From Gemmatimonadota bacterium (GTDB lineage: Bacteria; Gemmatimonadota; Gemmatimonadetes; Gemmatimonadales; GWC2-71-9): DNA of 47,512 nt. Positions 26,198-35,379 of the stretch are shown here, in pieces. The number at the start of each line of letters is the position of its first letter. Position 1 is the first letter of the stretch. A program made the translations under genes and the position numbers. Below the pieces are notes generated by a model, which was given only the letters and a program-made list of their open reading frames with translations, had not been told where the DNA came from and did not search any database. The DNA lies in assembly GCA_003221005.1 (NCBI GenBank), contig QHTZ01000072.1, forward strand, positions 1 to 47,512, in the 5' to 3' direction.

Positions 26198-29100
26198 TCA
26201 GGCCTCCTCGCCGTGGAGGACGCGCGCGAGATACGTGATCCCGGGTTTCGTGTTGAGAGTCTCGAAGACGTGGTAGCCGCGCGGGTCTTCCGACAGCTGG
26301 GCCACGCGCGATGTCTTGTCGTGCAGGTCCCCGAACACGATCGCCTCTGAGGGGCAGGACTGCGCGCACGCCGGGACGATCTCACCGTCCAGGACCGTGC
26401 GGTCCTCGAGCCGCGCCTGGTTCTGCGCCCCGCGGATGCGCTGCACGCAGAAGGTGCACTTCTCCATCACGCCCTTCTCGCGCACGGTGACGTCGGGGTT
26501 GAGCTGCCAGTCGAGCGGCGACGGCCACGCCTCCCAGGCTCCGCCCGGCTCGGCGAAGTTGTGCCAGTTGAAGTAGCGCACCTTGTACGGGCAGTTATTG
26601 GCGCAGTAGCGGGTGCCGACGCAGCGGTTGTAGACCTGGCCGTTCAGCCCATCGGGCGTGTGGTAGGCGGCGAACACCGGGCAGACCGGCTCGCATGGCG
26701 CGAGCTCACACTGCTGGCACAGCATCGGCGTCACGACGCCGCGCACCGGGGCGCCACCTTCCCCGCCGCGCCAATAGCGCTCGATCCGCATCCAGCTCAT
26801 CTGGCGGTGGCGCAGCATCTGCTCTTCGCCGACTGTTGCCAAATTGTTCTCGGCGTAGCACGCCGTGACGCACGCCGAGCAGCCCGTGCACTTGGTCAGG
26901 TCGATCGCCATCGCCCAGCGCGGCTGCCGGCCGGCGTAGTTGCCGAGCGACGCCTTGGCGCGCTGCGCCTCGGCCCAGCCGGCGAGGGCGCCCTCCGCGT
27001 ACGCCGGCGCCTCGCGCTCCGCGAAGGGATGCGCGCCCGGGGTCAGCTTCGCGGCCTGCGCCAGCGGCAACACGCGGATGATTTCCTCCCCTGGCCCGAG
27101 GTCGCGTGAGTCGCCCGCGCTCGTCGCGAGGAAACGGTGCTCGCCCGTTTTCCTGGGGGACACGCGCACCACGAACGTGCGGCCGCCGTACGCGTTGGCG
27201 GCGCCGGAGAGCAGGTCGAAGGCGTTGCACGAGCGGTCCCGCGCGTAACGCCCGTAGGCTTTGTGCCCCTGGCCTGTGGGGAGGGCAAGCACGTCGGGCC
27301 GCACGGCGGGCGTGATCCAGACCGGCGCCCGCACCGCGCCGAACGGCGACTGCAGCACCAGGAAGTCGCCATCCACCACCGACCACTTCGCCGCGGTCTC
27401 AGGATGCAGCTCCACCCACGCGTGCCAGGTGAGCTTGGAGACCGGGTCAGGCAGCTCCTGGAGCCATGGCTTGTTCGCGCCCCGGCCATCGTGCAGCACC
27501 GGCGACGGAAACACGATGAGCACGGGATCGCCGGCGCCGCCGTCGAACGCGGGCGCGGCTGGCGCGCCCCGCATCAGGTCTCCGGCCTGCGGCCCAAGGC
27601 GCACCGCCTGTGCTGGAGCGTCGGTGTAGACGCCGCCATGCTGCAGCGCTTCGGCCCAGAATTCGTCGAACGTCTTACCGTGTGCGTACCGCGCGTGCAG
27701 CGGGCGCCAACGCGCCTGGAGGTAGTCCTTGAAGGTCTGCGACTTCCCGGCCAGGTCCAGTAGTACGTCACCCGCGTGCCGCGCGTTCGGGAAGACGGGC
27801 TGCATGACCGGCTGCTGCAGCGCCCAGACGCCGGCGCGCGGACGGCTGTCGCTCCACTGCTCGAGGGGGTGCAGGTCAGGGAGCACGAGATCGGCGGCAC
27901 TCGCCGTTTCGTCGAGGTAGGGGGAGAAGCTCACCTTGTACCCCACCTTGGCCCACCCCTCCCAGAAGGCGCCGCTGAGCGAATGGCCAGGATTCGCGCC
28001 GTGCACGAACAGCAGCGCCAGCTTGCCGCGCTGCATGTCGGCCGCCAGATCCGCCATCTGCTTGAAGGAGCCCGAGCCCTCGAGTCCCTCATTTGGGCCG
28101 AACCGCACCAGCTTCCCGACTGTGCCCGCGACATAATTGAGGATGTTCACGGCCGCCACGACCTCGGCGCCGTTCGGGTAGTGGGCCGCCATCCCACCAG
28201 CCACCGCCACCCCGCCGCGCGCACCGGCGAACTCACGCGCCAGCCGCTCGATCGCCGCCGCGTCGACCCCCGCGACTGCCGCAACGGCTTCAGCAGTGTG
28301 TCGGGCGAGCAGGTCCCTGAGCCGTCCCGCGTCGGCGGGGACGGGGGCGAGCCGCTCGCGCACGATCACCCCGGCCAGCGCGAGGGCGAGCAGTCCCTCC
28401 GTTCCCGGAGCCGCCGCGACCCACTCGTCGGCGTTCATTCCGGTGAGGAACATGCGCGGCCCGACAAACACGGCCTTCGCCATCGGGACGGCTCGTCCCG
28501 CCGCGAAGGCGTGCGCGCGCGTGAACGCGCTCTGATAGGCGACCGGGGAGAGCCACGTGTCGAGGAAGTCGGCGCCGAAGGACAGGATGTACTTGGCGTT
28601 CGCGAGATCGTACCAGGGGACCGCGCTGGTGCCGAAAGCGAGGCGGTTACCTTCGCGCAGCGCTTCGAAGGCGAACGGCTCGTAACTCACGTGCGCCCCA
28701 CCGACCGCCCGGGTCCATTCGCCCACTAAGTCCCCAAAGGCGCCGGACTCGTTCCCCGTGACGAACGCGATCCCCTTCCCCCGCGCGGCTTTGACCTGGG
28801 CTTTCACGCGCGCGAGCGCGTCGTCCCACGTGATCTTTTCGAGCTCTCCCCCAGCATTGCGCGCGAGCGGATCGGTGACGCGATCGGGGTTGTACACGCC
28901 CTCGAGCGCGGCCTGGCCCCGGGCGCACAGGCGCCCCGCGTTGATCGGCGACTCGGGGTTCCCTTCGAGCTTGATCACGCGGCCCTCGCGCACCTTAGCA
29001 TGCAGACCGCATCCGGCGGTGCACTCGCGACACGTCGTCGCGTACCAGGTCGCCGTGCCGGGGACCTGTTCCTCCGGTTGAATGAGGTACGGGATGAGCT

Positions 29101-29206
29101 TTTGCGTCCGCTGGGCATCGCTGCCGCAGGCGGAGACCGCGGCGGCGCCGCCCCCGGTCACGCCGAGGACCGTGAGAAACCGCCGGCGATTCATCTGCTC
29201 GCTCAT
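26198..29206 (-). CDS. actB: Alternative complex III subunit ActB (molybdopterin-oxidoreductase-like domain fused to Fe-S domain)
   Basis: Tat motif MNRRRFL; [13 protein letters not shown]; [48 protein letters not shown]...ACAQSCP. Confidence 0.93.
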   Translation of the reverse strand: MSEQMNRRRFLTVLGVTGGGAAAVSACGSDAQRTQKLIPYLIQPEEQVPGTATWYATTCRECTAGCGLHAKVREGRVIKLEGNPESPINAGRLCARGQAALEGVYNPDRVTDPLARNAGGELEKITWDDALARVKAQVKAARGKGIAFVTGNESGAFGDLVGEWTRAVGGAHVSYEPFAFEALREGNRLAFGTSAVPWYDLANAKYILSFGADFLDTWLSPVAYQSAFTRAHAFAAGRAVPMAKAVFVGPRMFLTGMNADEWVAAAPGTEGLLALALAGVIVRERLAPVPADAGRLRDLLARHTAEAVAAVAGVDAAAIERLAREFAGARGGVAVAGGMAAHYPNGAEVVAAVNILNYVAGTVGKLVRFGPNEGLEGSGSFKQMADLAADMQRGKLALLFVHGANPGHSLSGAFWEGWAKVGYKVSFSPYLDETASAADLVLPDLHPLEQWSDSRPRAGVWALQQPVMQPVFPNARHAGDVLLDLAGKSQTFKDYLQARWRPLHARYAHGKTFDEFWAEALQHGGVYTDAPAQAVRLGPQAGDLMRGAPAAPAFDGGAGDPVLIVFPSPVLHDGRGANKPWLQELPDPVSKLTWHAWVELHPETAAKWSVVDGDFLVLQSPFGAVRAPVWITPAVRPDVLALPTGQGHKAYGRYARDRSCNAFDLLSGAANAYGGRTFVVRVSPRKTGEHRFLATSAGDSRDLGPGEEIIRVLPLAQAAKLTPGAHPFAEREAPAYAEGALAGWAEAQRAKASLGNYAGRQPRWAMAIDLTKCTGCSACVTACYAENNLATVGEEQMLRHRQMSWMRIERYWRGGEGGAPVRGVVTPMLCQQCELAPCEPVCPVFAAYHTPDGLNGQVYNRCVGTRYCANNCPYKVRYFNWHNFAEPGGAWEAWPSPLDWQLNPDVTVREKGVMEKCTFCVQRIRGAQNQARLEDRTVLDGEIVPACAQSCPSEAIVFGDLHDKTSRVAQLSEDPRGYHVFETLNTKPGITYLARVLHGEEA

Positions 29207-29225
29207 GGGGTCTCCCCCGCCCCGC

Positions 29226-29795
29226 TCAGTAGTGGCATACCAGGCAGTCGCGCGTGACCTGTTTCTGCATGTGACAGTTGGTGCACCACCCCATGGTGAG
29301 GGGTGCCGCCTGATACACCTGCGGCATGCGGGCGACGTCGCCGTGGCACGTACCGCAACTCCCGCTCCCGAGCGCCTTGATGTGGCGCAGGTGCGGAAAG
29401 TGGACGAATCCGGGAAGGGTGTGGATCCGGACCCATTCCGGAGGTTTGCTGTTGCTCCACGCGTCGCGGACTTTCTGGATCTCGGCTTCGTGGGAGGGGG
29501 TCGAGCCGCCGATCATCAGGTGGCAGCCGAAGCAGGTCTGCAGCGCCGGGATGCCCGGCTCGCTCGAGATCGCGGCGGAATAGTGGCAATACATACAGGG
29601 GACGCGGTCCTGGCCGGCGTGCACGTCGTGCCGAAAAAAAATCGGCTGCCGGGGGCCTGGGAGCGACCCGGTGTCGCTGATCACGGGAGCTTTGAACGCG
29701 GGCACAGGCTGCCCGCTTTGGGCTGCGGCAGGAAGGGCCGTGCAGGCGGCCAGGGCGATCCCTACCGCGACCCGACCACTACTCCTTTTCGTCAT
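29226..29795 (-). CDS. actA: Alternative complex III pentaheme cytochrome c ActA
   Basis: Five CxxCH motifs (CMYCH, CFGCH, CGTCH, CTNCH, CLVCH); QPIFF.H..HAG; HFPH..H; LTMGWC. Confidence 0.92.
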   Translation of the reverse strand: MTKRSSGRVAVGIALAACTALPAAAQSGQPVPAFKAPVISDTGSLPGPRQPIFFRHDVHAGQDRVPCMYCHYSAAISSEPGIPALQTCFGCHLMIGGSTPSHEAEIQKVRDAWSNSKPPEWVRIHTLPGFVHFPHLRHIKALGSGSCGTCHGDVARMPQVYQAAPLTMGWCTNCHMQKQVTRDCLVCHY

Positions 29796-29849
29796 CCGGG
29801 CGCGCTCGATGGCGAACGGTGCGTCGTGTGGAACAGCCGCGGGCGGCAG

Positions 29850-29877
29850 AATGTACCGCCACCCGCCGCAGGCGCAA
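29850..29877 (-). promoter_or_regulatory. Possible sigma70 promoter of the act operon
   Basis: TTGCGC-16 nt-TACATT, about 55 nt upstream of actA. Confidence 0.3.
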
Positions 29878-29891
29878 GTAGGAGTTGCGCC

Positions 29892-30362
29892 CTACTCCGG
29901 CCGCGACAGGATCAGGTGCTTCAGTCTGATGACGTGAACGAACGCGGCGGCTGCGTCCAGGTCCGGGAATTCCATCCAGCACCAGCGCACGCCGCCCGAC
30001 ACCGGACCGTTGCGCATCGCCTGGCGGAGCCGGGGCGGCAGGCCGTCGGCGCCCGCGAGCTCCCGCTCTTCGGTCTCCGTGAGGATGAACGTCGCGCTCA
30101 CGCTCGACTCCATCGGGTGCAGGTAGCCGAGCTTGCGGCCCCCGACCTCGTACATCCACACCCACTTCCACGCGGTCCCCATAAACACGACCTGCTCGGT
30201 CACGTGCTTCAGGGCGCGCACGCCCTCGCGCGCCGCCTTGAAGCGCTGCGCGGCTCGTGGGGGGAGATCCCTGAGCGGCGAATCCGACTTCGGCCGCTTG
30301 CGCGGATCTCGGTAGAGGGTGGTCGCCCAGTACCCCGGCTGCTGATTGTCCAACGGTATCAT
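29892..30362 (-). CDS. DUF3788-like small protein
   Basis: FMG.AWKW.W.Y..GGRKL.YLHP and G.RW...D.......IRLK pattern. Confidence 0.55.
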   Translation of the reverse strand: MIPLDNQQPGYWATTLYRDPRKRPKSDSPLRDLPPRAAQRFKAAREGVRALKHVTEQVVFMGTAWKWVWMYEVGGRKLGYLHPMESSVSATFILTETEERELAGADGLPPRLRQAMRNGPVSGGVRWCWMEFPDLDAAAAFVHVIRLKHLILSRPE

Positions 30363-30512
30363 GTCACGGCCGCTTGACGTCAGGAACGCCCGGTAAGGTA
30401 GCGACCGGGCTAGCGAATCGAAACGGTCTGGGTCACCAACCGGCCCAGCCCGGAGGAGGGAGGGCGCACGCGCCATCGGGTGGGGCCAAGAGTCCGCCGC
30501 CTGCGGCTGTGT

Positions 30513-31646
30513 TCACGGCGAAACGGCGCGGCTCGCGGCCCGGAACCGTCCGCGATCGAGCAACCGCGCGACGCACTGGCCCGGGACCGCCATGCGGCCG
30601 TCCTTCCCCATCGTCAGCTTGATGACGTCGGCGTTGCGCCCGTACCAGCGCTCGCTCGGCTCGAGGTCCGACGGGTAGACGAATCCCGGGAGGGCCGCGA
30701 CCGCGAGCGCTGCCTGGGAGCCGATCCCCGTTTCGGGCATGGTCCCCGCCCACAACCCCGCCCCGTACTGCTGCGCAACGCGATAGATGCGGCACACCTC
30801 CGCGAAGCCGCCCACGCGGTGCACCTTGATATTCCAGATCTTCGGCCCTTCGAGGTGGACCACCTGGCGGGCGTGGCTCGCGTCACGCAGCGTCTCGTCG
30901 AGACAGATCGGCGTGCGGAGTGTGTGGGCGAGCTGCGCGTGACCCACGAGCTCGTCGGGCGCCAGCGGCTGCTCGATGTACAGCAATCCCGCGTCGTCCA
31001 GCGCGCGCAGCTCGCGCTCGTGCTCCGGCCAAGCATACGCGCCGTTCGCATCCACCGTCAGCGGCAGGTCGACGTTCGCCATGGCGTCGCGCGCGGCTCG
31101 CACTGCGACGCTATCCCACCCGGGGGCGACCTTGATCTTGACGCGACGGTAGCCGCGCTTCAGCGCTTCGGCCACACGCCGCGCCAGGGTTCTCGCATCG
31201 CGGTCCGCGGGAATCCCGAGCGCCACCCCGCACACGACACTGCCGGCGGGCGCGACGCCAAGACGCTCCGCCACGAGCTGCGCGAGTCCGAGGCCGCGCG
31301 CATTGGCCTCGAGGTCCCACGCCGCAGTCTCCACGCCGGCCCGCGCGAACTGGTTGCCGCGCACGTTCTCGCGCAGCGCGTCGTCTACAGCCTCGGGTGA
31401 CTCGAACGCGCGCCCCTGGACCCGCGGAAGCAGGACGCGTGCGATGACGTCCCGGGCGCTTGCGAGTGTTTCCTCGGAATAGAAGGGCAGGTCGAACGGC
31501 GGTGACTCGCCGTAGCCGGTGTGTCCCCGATCGTCCGAGAGCGCCACTACGAGCGAGCGCCGCTCGGTGACGGCGCCCCCCGAGATGATGAACGGCTCGA
31601 CGAGGGGCAGGGTCAGCTCGTAGAGCTCCGCGCGCTCAATCTTCAT
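30513..31646 (-). CDS. Enolase-superfamily o-succinylbenzoate synthase / N-acylamino acid racemase
   Basis: PFYSEET, RVKIKV.PGWD, VDANGAY, IEQPL, ICLDE, NIK..RVGG, MPETGIG, PSDL. Confidence 0.85.
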   Translation of the reverse strand: MKIERAELYELTLPLVEPFIISGGAVTERRSLVVALSDDRGHTGYGESPPFDLPFYSEETLASARDVIARVLLPRVQGRAFESPEAVDDALRENVRGNQFARAGVETAAWDLEANARGLGLAQLVAERLGVAPAGSVVCGVALGIPADRDARTLARRVAEALKRGYRRVKIKVAPGWDSVAVRAARDAMANVDLPLTVDANGAYAWPEHERELRALDDAGLLYIEQPLAPDELVGHAQLAHTLRTPICLDETLRDASHARQVVHLEGPKIWNIKVHRVGGFAEVCRIYRVAQQYGAGLWAGTMPETGIGSQAALAVAALPGFVYPSDLEPSERWYGRNADVIKLTMGKDGRMAVPGQCVARLLDRGRFRAASRAVSP

Positions 31647-32787
31647 GGTGCGAGAGATCGAGGAAGCGCAGCATCCCGTCCCGCCGTTCGAGACGCCCCG
31701 CTGTCTCAAGCTCCAGCATTCCCGCGATCAGGCCGTCGCGCGGGTCGAACACCAGCGCGTGCAGGGCGCGCTGGGTGCGCGTGCCATGGTCGGCCGGATA
31801 CTGGGAGAGTGGCAGCTGGAAGAAGCTGTGCAGCTGAACGCTCTCGCAGCCGCGCCGGGCGTACTCGAGCACCATGCGCCCCGAGCCGATGTTGCCGGTG
31901 CCGGTCAGTGGGACGGTCGGGCGGTCGGACGGTCGAACGGCGAGCGCGTCCAGGATTCGCAGGTTGCGGTCGCTCAGGTCCCAGCCGCCGTAGGCCACGC
32001 CGCGCTCCGGGTCGAACAGGCGGTTGAAGCAGACCAGGGCGTCGGCGCCCCCGGAGGCGTTCAGCATCTCCACCTGGAATGCGTCGTCGAAGCGGGCATT
32101 CATCACCTTCACCGCGAGTCGTACCGGACCGGGCGTGGCCGCACGGACGCGCGCCGGCACCTCGCGTAGCCAGCGCAGCACCTGGGCCCGGTCGTCGGCG
32201 AGGGCGTCGCCCGCGAGCGTGGGCGAAAAGTCGATCTCCACGAGCAGGGGCGGCTCTCCCCAGGCCTCTGCAAGCTGGCGCGTGGTGTAGCAATACTCAG
32301 CATCGCGGAACGACTCTCCGAGTCGCGGCAGGTGATATTTGACCGAAGGAACGACCGGCATCCCGCTCGCGCGCGCGAGGTCGCGGCCCGCGCGCACCAG
32401 GGCGAGATATTCCGCGAGCGAGCGATCCCATCCCCGCCCCTTCCAGGTCACGGTCCAGCCCAGCCGGCCGTCGCGCGCCGCGCAGCGCTCCACCCTCATT
32501 TTCGTTTCGTGGATTGCCCACGCGGCCATAGACTGCGTGCCGGACTCGTCCTGGGCGATCACGGTCTTGAGCACGACAAACGCGAGTCCCGCGGCCGCAT
32601 CCTCGGCGAGCTGCCCCGCATTCAGGGAGAGCTGGCCCGAGCCCTTGCCGATCGGGTGCGCAAGCGGGCAGCCGAGGTAGCGTGCCGCGAGGTCGATGCG
32701 ATAGGCATCGCGGACGTGGTCGCTGAAGTCGCGGGGCAGCTCCCGCTTGAACCGCTCGAAGTCCCGCTCGAGCTGGTCGCGCGTCAC
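31636..32787 (-). CDS. Dihydroorotate/dihydropyrimidine dehydrogenase-like FMN TIM-barrel protein
   Basis: YLG..L.HPIGKGSG, FVVLKTV, DFSPT, VKV, FNR, GTGNI.SG...GC.SVQL; GTG overlapping the upstream stop. Confidence 0.65.
   Translation of the reverse strand: MTRDQLERDFERFKRELPRDFSDHVRDAYRIDLAARYLGCPLAHPIGKGSGQLSLNAGQLAEDAAAGLAFVVLKTVIAQDESGTQSMAAWAIHETKMRVERCAARDGRLGWTVTWKGRGWDRSLAEYLALVRAGRDLARASGMPVVPSVKYHLPRLGESFRDAEYCYTTRQLAEAWGEPPLLVEIDFSPTLAGDALADDRAQVLRWLREVPARVRAATPGPVRLAVKVMNARFDDAFQVEMLNASGGADALVCFNRLFDPERGVAYGGWDLSDRNLRILDALAVRPSDRPTVPLTGTGNIGSGRMVLEYARRGCESVQLHSFFQLPLSQYPADHGTRTQRALHALVFDPRDGLIAGMLELETAGRLERRDGMLRFLDLSHHED
31911..31942. repeat. Octamer tandem array (GGACGGTC)x~4 inside the CDS
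   Basis: ggacggtc gggcggtc ggacggtc gaacggcg; encodes AVRPSDRPTVP on the minus strand. Confidence 0.7.
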
Positions 32788-33707
32788 ACGCCGGCGCGCG
32801 CCTCCCGCACGGCCCGCCTCACGGCCTCCCGCTCCCCCGCGCCGAACGTCGGCCCCCAGGGATCGTCGCAGGCGTCCGCGGGGAGCACGCCGTCCGCGTC
32901 CAGCGCCCACAGCATCCGCCGCACGTAGCCTTCCATCGGCCGAACGAACGTCGCCGCCGCGAAACCGTCGAGGAGGGCTGAGAGTCGCAGAAACGTGGGG
33001 TGATCCGCTGCCGCATACGCCGCGAGCAGCTGCACCTGGAGGTCGGTGAGGGCGGCCCCCATGCCGACGAGCGCGGCGCGGGCGCCCAACATCAAGGAGT
33101 ACCCGAGGAAACGATCCTCCCCCGTCACGAGCAACTTCTCCGGGTACGCGGCCGCGAGCCTGGCGATGCGCTGGAACGTCATCACCGAGTCGAGCGTGGC
33201 GACCTTGATCCCGATGACCTCGGGGAGATCGAGCAACGCGCGCAGCGTGTCGTCGTCGTACGGGACGCCGCCCGCCGCCTCGTACAGGTAGAACGCGATC
33301 ACGGGCAGCTCGCGGCCGAGCGCCCTGTGATAGTCGACCGGATCCTCGCGCCGCGGGAAGGCGAGCAGTGCGTCCGCCCCGCCTGCGCGCGCGTCACTCG
33401 CCATCTCGAGCGAGCCGGCGCCTGCCACCAGAACCTTGTCGCGGAGCGCGCTGCGCCAGGTCGCAAGCACGCAGCGTCGTTGCTCGGCCGAGAGGTGCAG
33501 CCCCCGCCCGGTGTGGGCCCACACCGCCACGCCTGCGACGTTCTGTCGCGCCATCCAGCTCGCGTACGCGCGCTGCGCGTCCTCGGCGAGGGTGCCGGCA
33601 CGGAACGGAACCGGCACAGCGGGGACGAGGCCCCACTCGAGACGACGGCGGACCGGCGGACCGGCGGACGGACCGACGGAGCTAGCCAGCGTGGACTTCA
33701 CGGGCAT
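32784..33707 (-). CDS. DapA/NAL (dihydrodipicolinate synthase) family class I aldolase/lyase
   Basis: GLVPAVPVPF, AHTGRG..LS.EQR, GGADALLAFP, FYLY, IGIKVA (Schiff-base Lys), TGED. Confidence 0.85.
   Translation of the reverse strand: MPVKSTLASSVGPSAGPPVRRRLEWGLVPAVPVPFRAGTLAEDAQRAYASWMARQNVAGVAVWAHTGRGLHLSAEQRRCVLATWRSALRDKVLVAGAGSLEMASDARAGGADALLAFPRREDPVDYHRALGRELPVIAFYLYEAAGGVPYDDDTLRALLDLPEVIGIKVATLDSVMTFQRIARLAAAYPEKLLVTGEDRFLGYSLMLGARAALVGMGAALTDLQVQLLAAYAAADHPTFLRLSALLDGFAAATFVRPMEGYVRRMLWALDADGVLPADACDDPWGPTFGAGEREAVRRAVREARAGV
33645..33680. repeat. Octamer tandem array (CCGGCGGA)x~4 at the gene junction
   Basis: acggcgga ccggcgga ccggcgga cggaccga cgga. Confidence 0.65.
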
Positions 33708-34455
33708 TCGCGGATTCGATGGCCGCCCGCTGCTCGGGCGTCAGCTCCAGCAGATCCAGCTTGGCCACGCTCGCCTCCGGCAGCCGCAGGGGCTGCCCGG
33801 TTCCGAACACGAACCGCTGGACGCCCACCGTCTGCAGCAACGTCTCGAGGTGGTCCTCGGGCGGGCCCCAGATCCAGCTGATGTCCCACCAGACGCGCGC
33901 CGCTTCCTCCGGCGTCGAGCCGAAGTGCACTTCCTCGATGAACGCGCGGTCGGCGTGCGTCACGATCAGGCGCGCATCCTCGTCGCTCCGGAGCAGCGCG
34001 CGGACCGCGGCTGCCGGGAGCTCGGACGCACGATCGTGGGGATGCCGCTGGCGCGCGTCCTCGAGTCGCACCGCGAGGAGCAGGGGCACTCGCGCCGCGC
34101 CGCAGGCCGCCGTGAGCACCCGCATCTCAGCTCCGGCAGGGTCGAGCCCGTAGTAGGTCGGATCGCAGCGCACCGCCGGCGCGCCATGATCTGCCGCCTC
34201 GCCCAGCGCATCCTCCCACCCCCCGAGGCCCGGGTGGACCGCGGGCACCGGCTGGAACCGCCGCTCAGCCGACGCGGTCTCGTAGAGCCACGCGTTCCCC
34301 TCGCCGGGGGCGCGCCAGAACAGGCTCGGCAGGTGGCTCACCCAGGCCGCGTCGATCCTGACGCGATCCATCGCCTCGCGCAGCGCGTCGGGCGAGGTTC
34401 CTGGCACTCGCCGGTACGGATAGGCCCCAAGGAACGCGCTGACGTCGATCCGCAT
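33682..34455 (-). CDS. Amidohydrolase-fold protein lacking the HxH metal motif
   Basis: MRIDVSAFLG.YP; LIVTH; RFVFGTG.P. Confidence 0.75.
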   Translation of the reverse strand: MRIDVSAFLGAYPYRRVPGTSPDALREAMDRVRIDAAWVSHLPSLFWRAPGEGNAWLYETASAERRFQPVPAVHPGLGGWEDALGEAADHGAPAVRCDPTYYGLDPAGAEMRVLTAACGAARVPLLLAVRLEDARQRHPHDRASELPAAAVRALLRSDEDARLIVTHADRAFIEEVHFGSTPEEAARVWWDISWIWGPPEDHLETLLQTVGVQRFVFGTGQPLRLPEASVAKLDLLELTPEQRAAIESANAREVHAG

Positions 34456-35255
34456 CAGTCAGCCGGAAACGCACCGCGCGGGAAGATGCGCGCGGCGTTC
34501 TTCCACTTCACGCGCTCCAGATCCTCCGGAGCGAGCAGGCGCTCGAGGTAACGCAGCTTGGCCCACGCGGTGTCGAGGGTGAGGTCGGCGCCCCACAGGA
34601 GGCGCTCCACGCCGACCGCCTCCAGGCAGCTCTCGAGCATCCCTCCATCCACCCCGCTCCCCGAGAGATCGACGTAGACGTTTGCGACATCGCGCAGCGC
34701 CGCGAGCGAGTGCTCCCAGTCGCCGCCGCCGCCGATGTGAGCGAGCAGGAACGACGCTTCGGGGTGACGCCGGGCGAGGGCGGCGAGCTCGACCGCGTCG
34801 GAGGCTTCCTGCCCCGGCCAGTCCCGCCGGCGGTGCTGCCACACGTGGTGCAGCACGGGGACGCCGCGCTCCCGTGCCAGCTGGCACACCGGGTCGAGCA
34901 GCGGATCGCTCGCGCGACGGCTGGCGGCGAGCTTGATCCCGATCATCCCGGCGGCGAGACAGCGGCCGATCTCGGCGAGCGCGTGCGCGATGTAATTGGG
35001 ATTGACTGTCACGTAACCGCGGATGCGCGTGGGAGCGTCGCGTTGCAGAGCCAGCAAGGCGTCGTTCCCGTACTCCAGGTCGGCGGGCGACGGGAAGTAG
35101 ATCGGCGACGTGCGTCCCCAGCTCCCCAGGATCGACCCGACGTGCACGGTAATCCCGATCTTCTCCCCGGCTCGCAGCCGGCTGGCGTTACGCTCGCGCC
35201 AGTCGGCGCGCGGGGTGCGATCGTGGTAGAAGTGCGCGTGCACGTCGATGAGCAT
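34455..35255 (-). CDS. Amidohydrolase_2 family metallo-hydrolase/decarboxylase
   Basis: IDVHAH, GIKL, PVLHH, LLAHIGGGG, YVDLSGS, RLLWGAD, NAARIF. Confidence 0.88.
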   Translation of the reverse strand: MLIDVHAHFYHDRTPRADWRERNASRLRAGEKIGITVHVGSILGSWGRTSPIYFPSPADLEYGNDALLALQRDAPTRIRGYVTVNPNYIAHALAEIGRCLAAGMIGIKLAASRRASDPLLDPVCQLARERGVPVLHHVWQHRRRDWPGQEASDAVELAALARRHPEASFLLAHIGGGGDWEHSLAALRDVANVYVDLSGSGVDGGMLESCLEAVGVERLLWGADLTLDTAWAKLRYLERLLAPEDLERVKWKNAARIFPRGAFPAD

Positions 35256-35277
35256 GGGTAGAATCTGGGTCCTATGC

Positions 35278-35353
35278 CGCTACGTCGCTACGTCGCTGCG
35301 GTTTACGAGGCCGACGGGGGGCCTTTCGTACACCGTAGCGACGTAGCGTCGTA
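35278..35353. repeat. Intergenic imperfect inverted repeat built from CGCTACGT octamers
   Basis: Left cgctacgtcgctgcggtttacgaggcc (35286-35312) pairs with right ggcctttcgtacaccgtagcgacgtagcg (35320-35348). Confidence 0.75.
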
Positions 35354-35379
35354 CAACGATTCTTGTATCTTGGACCCCC

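Noticed and set aside
30363-30512. Possible riboswitch/ncRNA in the 150 nt gap with two short hairpins and a TGACGTCA palindrome
   Set aside because: No recognisable Rfam-type motif; short GC stems are expected by chance.
30513-31646. menC as part of menaquinone synthesis
   Set aside because: No other men genes nearby; the OSBS/NAAAR subfamily is promiscuous and the context is catabolic.
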